From a virus (taxonomy: Duplodnaviria; Caudoviricetes), in IMG/VR virus record IMGVR_UViG_3300049141_000098, positions 64,001 to 128,000 of that record: a stretch of DNA of 64,000 bases; one strand, written 5' to 3'. The position numbers and the translations under genes were made by a program. The notes below the pieces were generated by a model, which searched no databases, had not been told where the DNA came from, and saw nothing but the letters and a program-made list of their open reading frames with translations. Shown piece after piece: positions 27,901 to 37,308 of the stretch (positions are counted from its first letter, which is position 1; each line of letters starts with the position of its first letter).

Positions 27901-29026
27901 TGACCCAGTCACCGATGACGATCGGCATGGACGTGTTGAGTCCGGCGACGCCCGCGTATCCGCCGCCTCCTGCTCCGCCGTTGCGCCCGTCGCGGCGTGT
28001 CGACAGGTCCGAGATGACCAGTGGGGCGTTGGTTCCCACGACGTCGACAAAGACTCCGTTGAAGCCGTTGCGGTCGGTGGAGCATGCGCTCATCAGTGCG
28101 CCACCGGCTCCGGCGCCGAGACCCCAGTCGCCCGTGAAGTAGAAGCCGTTGTTGCCGTTCCACTCGGCTCGGCAGCCGATCACCTGCGAGTTCGCGGCGT
28201 TGCCGAGCATGAAGCCGTTGGACCAGTTGCCGATGGCCTGACAGTCGATCATGGTCAGGTCGACCGGCCGGTCCCCGTAGAAACCATGGGCGTGGTTGTT
28301 GTCCAGCATGACCCGCGTCATGCGCCACGAGTAGGGGGCGATGTTGCCTTCCAGGCCGCAGTAGATGCCCGAGTTCGGGAAGCGCCGGATGGTCAGGTCA
28401 CGCAGGCCGACGTTGAGGATGTTGCCCTTGGCCTGGATGCCGTCGACCCCAGCGGTCAGATTCGACCCGTCCAGCGTGAGGCCGATGACGCGCTGCTCGC
28501 CGCTGATCGCGGCATACCCTCCTGCTGCCTGATCCAGGAAGCGGATGGCTGCGACGCCAGTGAACGTGGACATGGGCTTGATCACCACACCGGGTTCGGT
28601 CAGCCCCGTGAAGGTCATCAGGTCCGCCCGCTGCCCCATGAGGGTCTTGCCGGGCGGAACGACGATCGGTGAGTTGATGGCGTACGGCCGCGCGGGGAGC
28701 ATCACGACGGCCCCCGCCGGAGAGCTGTTCAGCAGCGCGTTGATCGCTGGTGCGTCGTCGGTGCCGTCGGCCTTCACGCCGTGATCGAGGGCGTTGTAGA
28801 CCAGCGAGTCCTGGGCCATGTACAGGTCGTCGGCCGTGGCCTGGTCGAGGGCGCCGAGCGATTCGGCATCCAGGACGATGTGTCCTGTCTCCTCGTTGAC
28901 CGACAGGACGACGCCGCCGGATGCGCTGAGGTTGCCGTCGACCGTCAGGTCTCCCCTGGTGCGTACGCTCCGGGAAGTGGTCAACACCCCTTTGATGTAC
29001 TTGAGATCTATATCCTGGAGTGCCAC
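24977..29026 (-). CDS. tail spike or fibre: two pectate-lyase-like beta-helix domains, hyaluronidase-like segment, Gly-rich C-terminus
   Basis: DHGVKADGTDDAPAIN and NDHLVIQSAID beta-helix starts; many N/G parallel beta-helix repeats; SAVQISGREKDRGTLKISH..GTAAQGLFV. Confidence 0.75.
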   Translation of the reverse strand: MALQDIDLKYIKGVLTTSRSVRTRGDLTVDGNLSASGGVVLSVNEETGHIVLDAESLGALDQATADDLYMAQDSLVYNALDHGVKADGTDDAPAINALLNSSPAGAVVMLPARPYAINSPIVVPPGKTLMGQRADLMTFTGLTEPGVVIKPMSTFTGVAAIRFLDQAAGGYAAISGEQRVIGLTLDGSNLTAGVDGIQAKGNILNVGLRDLTIRRFPNSGIYCGLEGNIAPYSWRMTRVMLDNNHAHGFYGDRPVDLTMIDCQAIGNWSNGFMLGNAANSQVIGCRAEWNGNNGFYFTGDWGLGAGAGGALMSACSTDRNGFNGVFVDVVGTNAPLVISDLSTRRDGRNGGAGGGGYAGVAGLNTSMPIVIGDWVNFPGVDDDGTAVNSPDCGGSFNNCDHVQIDNAYLHAATEALHDAGANETLKLGANVTYATGTTATLTRTQAPTSEIVIAASDSRSSRNADLVCTGTNDHLVIQSAIDEVNAAPGKGKVRLLDGTFNLGATLSIPNGVGLGLVGSGWGTVLKVADNANVYAITFAGPGETRALFSDFTIDGNHTHQTAGGGIWAPGAVECVFNHLHLTACYDTGLYLGPQADNAFGHNNHVLQCLFDNAMTSPGAGRGIRTQSNDENFIISCDFQYLGGATAQGAGIYDQAGTQTVLGCNFVNGGNSMPAVRIQDCSATKISSCNFDGVGGDAVFIAASNCVITSNTIFGVGEIGTAGAYSGIHLEWAATGNLIEANSIASATAVGAARSLIREESIGGSGDNSIIGNILITKGSLAVGALDLNAPGTLVRSNKGGGAAGDPVVTTAGATLTGQLRVDVAGIQALFAKSTATSGAHALTAYMAATSGTTNSAINAISDNPGMSAVQISGREKDRGTLKISHINGSGTATGDGAAAILSLDLSSKAPDGSELGTAAQGLFVTATGTPTTGSLAVFRNNPGREDLVLRANGRLGLGTPIAGNPNGKLEIVQNDDGTVGLFVKANSAIAQQLLMLQDSAGNPRFEVVANGSSVHRAIAFFTSPIQLGTTSADLGGSSGAVISMKDVATAPTTNPTAGVILYSEGGILKARQADGRVGPLSRTPDVQVFTASGTWTKPAGATMVLVHLISGGGGGGSGRRGAAGTVRCGGGGGAGGGAFQAQIQASLLTATVAVTVGTGGAGGAARATDDTDGAAGGVGGASSFGSYARTGQSNGGAAGTATAGAGGGGGVGTSTGPSGGNASTTGGAGAAGNPGVLPGGSGGAGGGITSGNAASNGGAGGGNVANQSGAAGVVGGANPTAPADATAGSGASGGGGGGGAGSTTAAAQAGANGALYGGGGGGGGAAANGNTSGAGGNGGNGIAIITTYF

Positions 29027-29038
29027 GACTTGCCTCCC

Positions 29039-32000
29039 CTAGCTGTACAGCCTGAGTACGTCACCGACGGGCAGAACGGGGATGTTGCGCGCCTTTATCG
29101 CATCCATGATCGCGTTGAAGTCTGTCTGCGAACATTGGTTTGTGGTGGTCACCGCACCCGTGACGATCTCGTGGAATGTCAGAATCGTCCACGAGCCGTC
29201 CAACTGGCATCGGTCGAGTGCACCACCGGCACCGATGAGATTCGCCGGAAGACCCTTCGCTGACGCTCCGGCAAGGGCTCCGATTCCCGTGATGGAGCGC
29301 ATGCGGAGTGGCATCGCCGGAGGGAAGGTCTCCAGGTTGTCGGCGGAGGATATGCCGCGTCCTGAGGAGAAGTACCTGCAAGTCATCCCCTCAATTGAGA
29401 CCCCGTCGGTGGTCTGTGAGAACCATCCTCCGGGGTAAGCGAAGGAGTCCCCCCTGAAGCCGTTGTTCACCATCCACGCACGCATGCGCCGGATGTCGGT
29501 CTCTACCACCTCGGCTGTCAGCGTGTGGTATTTCGCATTGTGGTTGGCGGATCCGTAGGCGTGCCCAGCGACCTCCCAACCCGACAGATTCTCCACGGAC
29601 TTGAGCTGCGAGAGGTCCAGGTACTGGTTGGCGCCTATGTTCTCCGCAATGGTGTACAGGGTGCCCCGGTATCCCAGTGTGTCCATTTTGGGACGCCCAA
29701 GAGTGTACGGACTGGCGTACGAGTCATCAAAGGTGATGCTGACGACACCCTCGGGGAAAGTTTCAGTCGTGTCATTGATGAATTCGACCGCCTGGAGATG
29801 AACCGTCACCGGGTTAGCGGTGTTGTCATCAACGACCTGGAACATAAAGTCCGTGAAGCCGGAGGTGGCACTCGGAGCGCCGGTGGAGGAGATTGAGTAG
29901 GACCCGGTAGCCGATCGGACATCGGCCCAACTCAGGGTCATGGTGACCCATTCACCGCTCAATACCTGATTTTCGGCGATTGCTGCGTGAGTATGCAGTC
30001 GCCAGTTGAAAGTGTTCGCTACTGTCGAGCTTCCGAGGATCACGTTGATTTGATTCAGGTGCGTCACGTCCGACACACGGAAGACCAGCCGGATCGCCTT
30101 GCCGGTCAAATCGGGCAGTGCGCTCGCGAGGCGGCGAATGTTGGCAACTGCCCCTGTTCCTGTCGTGGTGATACGGAAACTCTGCGTCCCTTTGCAAAAT
30201 ACGGCCGTGTCGTTCGCGTTCGACGATCCGATGCCGGATCCACTGGCGCTCCAGCCGTGGCCGGTCTGGAAGATCTGCGACCAGGAGGCAGGACGCCAGG
30301 CGGGCAGTCGTGTGGCGGGGGTGGTCGCCTGAAACAGGAGCTGGCTCGCGGAGACCTTGCCGCCTGCATCCAGTGACGCAACGCCGCCGTTCGCACCTTT
30401 TTCCGCCTCGGGGATGGCGCCCACATTGGCCGCGTCGAGGGTGACATCGGGGCCTTCCTCCCCGTTCACCGTCCATACGGCTGGCGACCCGGGCGTGGAG
30501 GTGTCGGATATCAGACCCACGGCGTCCAGAGCCTGCAAGAGGCTCGTCAGGGCGTCGCCGGTGGAGCGGTCACCAACCACCTCCTGCTGGTCGACCGGGG
30601 TCGCGCCGTGGAAGCCAAGCTGGTTCGCCTCGCCGTCCAGGGTGTGCACGGCGGCGCCGGAGGAGGTGCCGGAGAAAACCCACTTACCCACGGCGTGAGC
30701 GAGCTGAGTGGCAGCCTCCAGTCGGAGGTAGGTGCGCTGAGTCCCCGCGAGGTTGACCAATTCATAGACCGACAGATGCAGGTCGGCGCCGGACCCTTCG
30801 AGGTCGAGCGCCCCACCGGACTGGCGCAGCCGAAATGATTTCGAATCCTCCTGACCCACCAACAGGTCGGTCCCGAGGAACGCGAGAACTCCTGTAGCGA
30901 TCCTGCGCAGCTCGGCGTCTGGCGGGGCGGAACCATCACCCCACTGCTGCGTGCCGTCGGACAGCCTGCGAAAACGATCCTGGGTGTCGGTCGTGACCCG
31001 GGAGTACTGAGCGAGATTGTCGGCCTCAGCCATGCGCGTGCCGATGGCGCCGGTGAACTCGGCTCCGGCGAGCTGGGCATACTCGCTGAGGTCGACGTTG
31101 CCGCCTCCCCCGCCCGCTCCCCCGCCGCTGCCGAACTTGCCTGCCTTGACAATTTTCGCCTGAGCCTTGTCGGCGAGGTCGGTGGCTGCCGCCTCGGCCG
31201 CGAGGTAGCCGAGGAGCACGGCATTGCCGGGAAGGGTGGGGTTGAGTGCGAACGATGCTGTGCCGATCCCCGCGATGGCGTCATCCAGCGTGCCGAAGGT
31301 CTGCTGGCCGTACTGGAGGACGTGGATCTCGGCGCCGTTGCTGGTGGGGAACATCCAGAGCTGGTGCAGGACCGACTCGGTGCTTCCGACGGGCGTGAGG
31401 ACGCCGTTGTTGTCGTAGTGGCCGACATCGACCGTCGCCGTCGCCGCAGAGGGGACGATTTCCGAGTTGCGCAGGACGTGCACCCAGGAGGCCGGGGTGG
31501 CGCCGATGGTGGAGACGATGTTCGGGTTGTTGGTCTGGACCGTGCCATCGAAGTGGTTCCAGCCCCGGCTGAACACCTGGCCCGGGGCGCAGTTGAGCGT
31601 CAGGGATCCGGGGACAGGGGTGATGTCGTTGCCCGTGAGAGCGAAGGCGCCGAGCGCGTCGAGCAGGTCGTAGAGCTGATTGACCGGCTGTTCGACCACA
31701 GTGGCCAGCGACTGGGTCAGAAAAATCGTGCCGCCCTCCTGGGCGACCATTCCGAGCACCAGGAAGTTGCGTCGATCCTCCGGGGAGGGTCGGGCGGCCT
31801 GCTGGTACACCGTTCCGTCGGCGTCCATGAGCAGCCAGGTGATAGCTCGCGTCTGGGATACGGAGTCCAGCTCGACGGTTGTGACGGTGGAGGTGCTGAT
31901 CTCGGTGATAGTCACCGGAGAGGTCAGATAGTCAACGATGTAGCCGTGCAATGGGCTCACGTCGACTGCCAGCGGATTGCTCTCGTTCGGATTGATGTCA

Positions 32001-32728
32001 CCGCCGGAGACGATGCCGGTATCCAGCCCGCCACTCAGGCCTGGATCCCCCTTGGGTCCTTCTGGGCCGACCAGGGACTGAAGCCACTCTTCCTGTGTCC
32101 CCTGGAAGCCGTTGTCCACGGCAACCTGGTACGCCGAGTCACCCTCAGGGCCAGGACCACCCGGCGCCCCAGGAGTTCCGGGTTCACCGGGTGCACCGGG
32201 AGTTCCGGGCGGTCCGACCAGGGAAGCGAGCCACTCTTCCTCGCTTCCCTCAAATCCGTTCTCGACAGCGACTTCGTACGCCGAGTCACCCGCCGGGCCC
32301 TGCTCCCCCTGGCCTGGCGGCCCAGGGGGGCCAGGCTGCCCCCTGGGACCGGGCACCGGTACATACTCAATGCCACAGAGATCTACGGACAGGTAGTCGG
32401 TAATGTCGAGCGGGCTGTCCCCTGTGGGTACGACCAGATACTGCGTACCCCAGGATCCTCCAACGTACTGTCGCAGGCGCCACAGTCGACCTTCGTCCGG
32501 AAGGACGCCGACAACATCAGTGCATACGACATCCTCAGCGAATGAGCCGTTTGCATCGAGGTTGACTCGGCCGCCGCCGATCAGGATCTGATTTCCCGTC
32601 TGGTCGGTCCAGCGATCCGGAACCGGCTCGAAGATGACGTAATGCTCGCCATGCGTTCCGTCATACGGCTCTCCGGTCACGGGATTGACATACTTCCCTA
32701 CGACGGTTCGCTCTGTAGGCAGCGGCAT
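29039..32728 (-). CDS. minor tail protein with collagen repeats and C-terminal polysaccharide deacetylase (NodB) domain
   Basis: G-X-Y repeats with duplicated SAY(E/Q)VAV.NGF.G..EEWL.SL; VSITFDD, WEVAGH, FAYPGG and ILTFHEI. Confidence 0.8.
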   Translation of the reverse strand: MPLPTERTVVGKYVNPVTGEPYDGTHGEHYVIFEPVPDRWTDQTGNQILIGGGRVNLDANGSFAEDVVCTDVVGVLPDEGRLWRLRQYVGGSWGTQYLVVPTGDSPLDITDYLSVDLCGIEYVPVPGPRGQPGPPGPPGQGEQGPAGDSAYEVAVENGFEGSEEEWLASLVGPPGTPGAPGEPGTPGAPGGPGPEGDSAYQVAVDNGFQGTQEEWLQSLVGPEGPKGDPGLSGGLDTGIVSGGDINPNESNPLAVDVSPLHGYIVDYLTSPVTITEISTSTVTTVELDSVSQTRAITWLLMDADGTVYQQAARPSPEDRRNFLVLGMVAQEGGTIFLTQSLATVVEQPVNQLYDLLDALGAFALTGNDITPVPGSLTLNCAPGQVFSRGWNHFDGTVQTNNPNIVSTIGATPASWVHVLRNSEIVPSAATATVDVGHYDNNGVLTPVGSTESVLHQLWMFPTSNGAEIHVLQYGQQTFGTLDDAIAGIGTASFALNPTLPGNAVLLGYLAAEAAATDLADKAQAKIVKAGKFGSGGGAGGGGGNVDLSEYAQLAGAEFTGAIGTRMAEADNLAQYSRVTTDTQDRFRRLSDGTQQWGDGSAPPDAELRRIATGVLAFLGTDLLVGQEDSKSFRLRQSGGALDLEGSGADLHLSVYELVNLAGTQRTYLRLEAATQLAHAVGKWVFSGTSSGAAVHTLDGEANQLGFHGATPVDQQEVVGDRSTGDALTSLLQALDAVGLISDTSTPGSPAVWTVNGEEGPDVTLDAANVGAIPEAEKGANGGVASLDAGGKVSASQLLFQATTPATRLPAWRPASWSQIFQTGHGWSASGSGIGSSNANDTAVFCKGTQSFRITTTGTGAVANIRRLASALPDLTGKAIRLVFRVSDVTHLNQINVILGSSTVANTFNWRLHTHAAIAENQVLSGEWVTMTLSWADVRSATGSYSISSTGAPSATSGFTDFMFQVVDDNTANPVTVHLQAVEFINDTTETFPEGVVSITFDDSYASPYTLGRPKMDTLGYRGTLYTIAENIGANQYLDLSQLKSVENLSGWEVAGHAYGSANHNAKYHTLTAEVVETDIRRMRAWMVNNGFRGDSFAYPGGWFSQTTDGVSIEGMTCRYFSSGRGISSADNLETFPPAMPLRMRSITGIGALAGASAKGLPANLIGAGGALDRCQLDGSWTILTFHEIVTGAVTTTNQCSQTDFNAIMDAIKARNIPVLPVGDVLRLYS

Positions 32729-32990
32729 CCAAGCCTCCTCTCCCAATGGGAGCAGCGTAGATGCTGATGAGGCCCTTATGGATCACAACAAAGGGCGGCG
32801 GTCGCCCCCTCGGAAAGAACGACCGCCTGTACTGCCCACGTTCAGCATAATGAGGAAATCGAAAACCCTCTGACGCAGACTCCATGGGCGCTGAATGGAG
32901 TTCTGCCTGCGGCAGAGGGTTCCTTCACCTTCACGACGACAGGAAGGTGCGGCAATCATAGCGGCCATGCCGCTACTTGACGGTGAACTC

Positions 32991-34085
32991 CTACAGCATG
33001 ACGAGGAGCTTCGTGCCGGGGATCAGCTTGCGGTTGACACTGGTCGATTGCACGAAGATCGTGTACTTGTCGTTGTGGCCCGGCTTGACCGTGACCTCCG
33101 TGTCCGGCAGGCCAAGGAGCTGACGCGCCGCCGGGCCCGTGAAGACCTTGCCGGTCTTGCGGCCGGTGACTGGGTCCTTCTCCGCGATGGCGAGCTGCTT
33201 GTTGCCCTGGACCCTCTCCCTCTTGGACAGCTCGTAGAAGGCGCAGCCCGTCTTGTACGGATGACCAGAGGCGTTGACGAAGTCGCGGATCTGCATCTGC
33301 TGGTCGACGGGGATGAGGATGTACTTGCCGGTGTCCAGAGCGTCGAGGTTGGCCTTCACGTCGGTGGTGCTCAGATCCTGGCCCATCGCAAAGAGACTCC
33401 GGGTGCCGCGCACGCCCTGCTCACGACCCCGCAGGAAGCTCGTAGCTGCCGTCTTGACGGTGCCGATGGCCTCCTCGACGCCCTGATCGGAGTCGGCGTC
33501 CCAGATGGCGATGTTGCCCGCTGGAAAGCCATACTCCTGCGCGGTGCGCTTGGCCAGGGAGTTCGGGACCATGATGGCTGATGTCCAGTTGTCGGGCAGT
33601 TCGTTCATGGCGACCTGAATCCGGTCAAGCCACTTACGCAGAACGGCCCGACCTCGACCGCCGTACATCCTGGTGTGCATCTCGCCAGTCTCCGAGCGGC
33701 CGGAGGCGTTCTCCTCGCCGTCGGTGACGACGACCTGGAGGAAGGAGTGCTCGCCGTACTTCTGCGAGATTTCGCTAGCCAGGTCATCGAGGGACCTGAC
33801 GGCCGCTTCAATGAGGGCCGTGGCGCCCCTGTTGACCCTGTACAGGCCACGCATGGACGGCAGGTGCTTCACGTCCATGTCCCAGACCAGGTTCTCCACC
33901 TCATGGTCGAAGGCGTACAGCGAGATGCGAGTCTCGTGGCCGAGCCGGTCGGACTCTTCCTGAAGTCCCTTCACGAACTCATCCACGACCGTGATGAGCT
34001 GGTCCTCGTGCTTGTGCATCGAGGCTGATTTGTCCACTACGAGCGAGACGTGATTGACCTTGTGCTTGATGCGGTTACCGGTCAT
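32991..34085 (-). CDS. von Willebrand factor A domain protein
   Basis: VVDKSASM MIDAS, GATAL and VVTDGEEN motifs. Confidence 0.85.
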   Translation of the reverse strand: MTGNRIKHKVNHVSLVVDKSASMHKHEDQLITVVDEFVKGLQEESDRLGHETRISLYAFDHEVENLVWDMDVKHLPSMRGLYRVNRGATALIEAAVRSLDDLASEISQKYGEHSFLQVVVTDGEENASGRSETGEMHTRMYGGRGRAVLRKWLDRIQVAMNELPDNWTSAIMVPNSLAKRTAQEYGFPAGNIAIWDADSDQGVEEAIGTVKTAATSFLRGREQGVRGTRSLFAMGQDLSTTDVKANLDALDTGKYILIPVDQQMQIRDFVNASGHPYKTGCAFYELSKRERVQGNKQLAIAEKDPVTGRKTGKVFTGPAARQLLGLPDTEVTVKPGHNDKYTIFVQSTSVNRKLIPGTKLLVML

Positions 34086-34227
34086 GCCACAACCCCTTTT
34101 CCGGTGCTCCTCCAGCGATGTTTCCACTGTATCGGGGACCACTGACAATCGCCCTGACCTGCGCATTTGCACATGGCGGAGCCCTGCCGTCGGCGTGGAC
34201 GACAGGGCTCTGGAACCGCTCAGGACT

Positions 34228-34638
34228 TCAGGGGAAAACCACTTTCTGAGGATCCTCTCCGGGTGAGCACGCCACTGCCCGCTGCGTGTTGGCGATCTCC
34301 AGGTCGCCGCGCGCACTGATCACCAAGGGGTCTCCGCACCCGAACCCGTTGACCACCCAGCCGACGATGGGGTGCACGCCCGTTCGCCCCACCTCGCGAG
34401 TCACGAGGTGCCAGCCTTCGGGGGCGGGAAGGACGGTCAGGACCTTCGAGTGCTTCACCTCGTCATCGTCGAGGTGAGAGAAGCCAGGCAGTTCGGCGGC
34501 CTTCTTCAGCCGCCCCTCAGACCAGTCGACGGTCAAAGCGAACCCTTCGTCGTCCCATCCCAGCACCGGCCGGGACTCCTGACGACCGCCCTCCACGTTG
34601 TAGACCGCGCACAGTTCGGGCCCACTGTTGCCGTACAT
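34228..34638 (-). CDS. hypothetical protein (two similar RPVLGW/HPIVGW half-domains)
   Basis: 136 aa with an internal repeat. Confidence 0.6.
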   Translation of the reverse strand: MYGNSGPELCAVYNVEGGRQESRPVLGWDDEGFALTVDWSEGRLKKAAELPGFSHLDDDEVKHSKVLTVLPAPEGWHLVTREVGRTGVHPIVGWVVNGFGCGDPLVISARGDLEIANTQRAVACSPGEDPQKVVFP

Positions 34639-34655
34639 GTTCCACCCCCATTTCT

Positions 34656-35366
34656 TCACGAGTGATACGTGTACAACACCGGCCTGAGCTGTCGCCAGAC
34701 GTCTGGTGAGGTGAACAGCTCGCCCCACTCACAGACCCAGCGGATCACATCGGGAACCAGCGGCACAATGAGCTGCTCGGCCTCGGCGTGATCCGCGAGG
34801 CCGAACCCCAGCCCCTGAGCCACCTTGTCGAGCACCGCAGCCCGGTCCGCCTCCGTCACGCCGTCCTTCAGCGGTTCATTGACGAGCCTGCGCCAGACGC
34901 GCACGACGTCGGCCTGCTTGCCCGTAATCTGCTCGCCTGTCCAGGCATCCATCCAGAGGCCTTCATAGGGGTGGATGCCGCCGATGGTGGACTCCACGCG
35001 ATAGTCGGTGAACTTCCCCCGGATCGCCTCCTCCTGATAGTCGATCGGGTCGTCGTAGCGATGCCACCGGGGCTCACTGGCCGGGCGCACCACCAGGACA
35101 TTGGGCAACCCGAACTCACCCTCCCAGGTCACCGCCTTGTGAGCCTCGCTGGATTCGTTACTCTTCAGCGCCTGCCGTTCCACGGCGGCATCCAGATTGC
35201 CCGGGTACCGCTCGGCCAGCCACTGATCAAAGCTCAGCTCGACCTCTTCGAGGGACCGGTCGAGCAGGAAGCTCTCAGTATTGATACGCGAGTCGGTGAT
35301 TCGGTGGCCCTCGTGGGCCACGTCCGTCAGCCCGTAGCCCATCACCTTGTGAATGCGGGTACTCAT
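34656..35366 (-). CDS. hypothetical protein
   Basis: 236 aa, AAAGGAG RBS. Confidence 0.7.
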   Translation of the reverse strand: MSTRIHKVMGYGLTDVAHEGHRITDSRINTESFLLDRSLEEVELSFDQWLAERYPGNLDAAVERQALKSNESSEAHKAVTWEGEFGLPNVLVVRPASEPRWHRYDDPIDYQEEAIRGKFTDYRVESTIGGIHPYEGLWMDAWTGEQITGKQADVVRVWRRLVNEPLKDGVTEADRAAVLDKVAQGLGFGLADHAEAEQLIVPLVPDVIRWVCEWGELFTSPDVWRQLRPVLYTYHS

Positions 35367-35429
35367 CGTCTCTTCTCCTTTCCGAAATCCGCGAGCCGCT
35401 CGACATAGCGGCCGGGCGGCCCTCTCTAC

Positions 35430-35873
35430 TCACCGTGTCGCCATATAGGCGGCGACACCCTCCATGAGGTGATGCGCCGACTGGTCCATCAGGTACGCCC
35501 CGCCGAGAGGGCCGCCCATTTCGTAGAACGGCATCTTTTTCGTGGCGTTGGCCGCTTTCTGAACGGGCCAGCGCCGGTCGATCACGTAGTGAGTCGCCCC
35601 CGACAGGGCGAGCGCACAGGCCATGCTGCGACCCCGCAGGCCAAGCCCGAGAGCCCGGTTGCCCGCGAGAAGCACGAGGGCTTGCGTGACGGTGTACGAG
35701 GCGACATGGCCCGCGAGAGCCCGGTGGCCTTCGAGACCGGGCTTCGCCTTGTGCTGGGCCTGATGATCGGTCTGGATCCAGTGGTCGGCGACGTCGGCCG
35801 CGATCCGGAACAAAGCATAGGCGGCAGAGAACCGGGCGGCACGTGACGAAATCATGGGATCCCTTTCGGTCAA
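35430..35873 (-). CDS. DUF3307-like membrane protein
   Basis: DVADHWIQT..Q, GH..SY, THYVIDRR and MDQSAH motifs. Confidence 0.65.
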   Translation of the reverse strand: MTERDPMISSRAARFSAAYALFRIAADVADHWIQTDHQAQHKAKPGLEGHRALAGHVASYTVTQALVLLAGNRALGLGLRGRSMACALALSGATHYVIDRRWPVQKAANATKKMPFYEMGGPLGGAYLMDQSAHHLMEGVAAYMATR

Positions 35874-35877
35874 GCCG

Positions 35878-36524
35878 TCAGATCAGGGTGATGCCACTTG
35901 AATCGAAGCGAGAGAGGTACCCCGCCTTCTCCAGTACGTCCAGATCAGCCGTCTGTACCACTCCACCGCTGTATCCGCTTGCTCCGTAGGCGTACGACGT
36001 GAGGGCGATGAGCAACGCCAGAGGACGCCCCTCAATCCCGTCGCGCACGGCCGCCCTGTACAGACGACTGATCCCCTTCAGGGGGTCCTTCTCGTCCAGG
36101 AGGTGAACCTGGTCGACAATCTCATGCCCTTGAGTGCTCACGCTTCCGTCTCCCCTCCGAAGACCGCGATCTTTTCGCGGCTGTTGATTGAGCCTCGCAC
36201 CGATGGGCGAGGCTCAGCGTCCAGGACTGGACGGTACGGCGGTGCCGTGGGTCACAGGATGAAAACCTCGTGCGGCTTGGGCCGCTGAACCATGCCGCAG
36301 GCGACCAGGTAGTCCAAGTCTTCCTCCGACACGTAGTTGAGGAGGCCCGCAGGGCCCCGACCCTGCGCCACGTGCATCATGACGGCCAGCGCACGGACCG
36401 CGTTGGCGCTGACTCCCTTGTGGATCGCCGCCTCGATGATGCGATCCAGCGGCGTCTTCTTCGGGACACTGTCGTCCAGGATGAGAACGCGTGTGACTCC
36501 GGCCCGCGCAGGAACCTCGCTCAT
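35878..36524 (-). CDS. two related small wHTH-like proteins (35878-36141, 36252-36524)
   Basis: Both carry a D/TPL..I...A...G.....L..L......DL..L...G pattern. Confidence 0.45.
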
Positions 36525-36631
36525 GATCTTCCCCTCTCCGAACTGCGATCTTTTCGCAGAAACTGGATCAAGCCTCGCAGGAATCCGCGATGCACGATGC
36601 ACAGCAGTGGGCATCGAGAGGGTGGGGTCCG

Positions 36632-37141
36632 TCACCCCCTGCGGGCGGGCAGCTTCAGGACCGGCATTGAAGGCACTTCCGTCAGGTCCACGGCTTGGCC
36701 CACATCACCCTCGTGGGACATCAGGGGGTTCATGGACCAGACCAGTTCGTAGTCGGCTTCCGTGAGGAGCCCGACCCACACGTGCCCGGCATCCTGGGCC
36801 GTGGCCGTCCAGGACGGCACCGTACTTCCCCAGGACGCTGTGAATTCGAGCCCCAGCATCCCGCGAGGTCCGGTTTTCGAGCCGGGGGCTACTCCCCTCA
36901 GGATTACCGTGACGCCGCCGTCGAGGATCTCGCACTCCCCCGCCGCACGTCCGATGTCGGGTTCACCGTGGGTGAGATTCGCTGGTGATGCACCATGCAG
37001 CCGGAACGCGAGATCCAAGGCCTCCATGGTGTCGGTGTCGCCCGCTCGCATGAACAGCAGGGCCGCCTTGCTGCCGTCGGGGTACGTGAACACCCCGTTG
37101 CTCACCCTGACGTTGCTGCTTTGCTGCACCTGAATCTCCAC
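36632..37141 (-). CDS. hypothetical protein
   Basis: GTG after AAAGGAGAAGG, 169 aa. Confidence 0.6.
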   Translation of the reverse strand: MEIQVQQSSNVRVSNGVFTYPDGSKAALLFMRAGDTDTMEALDLAFRLHGASPANLTHGEPDIGRAAGECEILDGGVTVILRGVAPGSKTGPRGMLGLEFTASWGSTVPSWTATAQDAGHVWVGLLTEADYELVWSMNPLMSHEGDVGQAVDLTEVPSMPVLKLPARRG

Positions 37142-37308
37142 TTCCTTCTCCTTTCCGTGAATCCTCTGACGTGATCCGACGCAACCCTGAGGGGAACCGG
37201 CTTCACTCTGGATGGCTCGACGGTATCGCGAAGCGCTTCCCGGAACCGAGAGAAGTACGGAGCGGGCGGATGCATTGCAGGAGGCACAGACCCCGTGCAA
37301 TGCATCTT

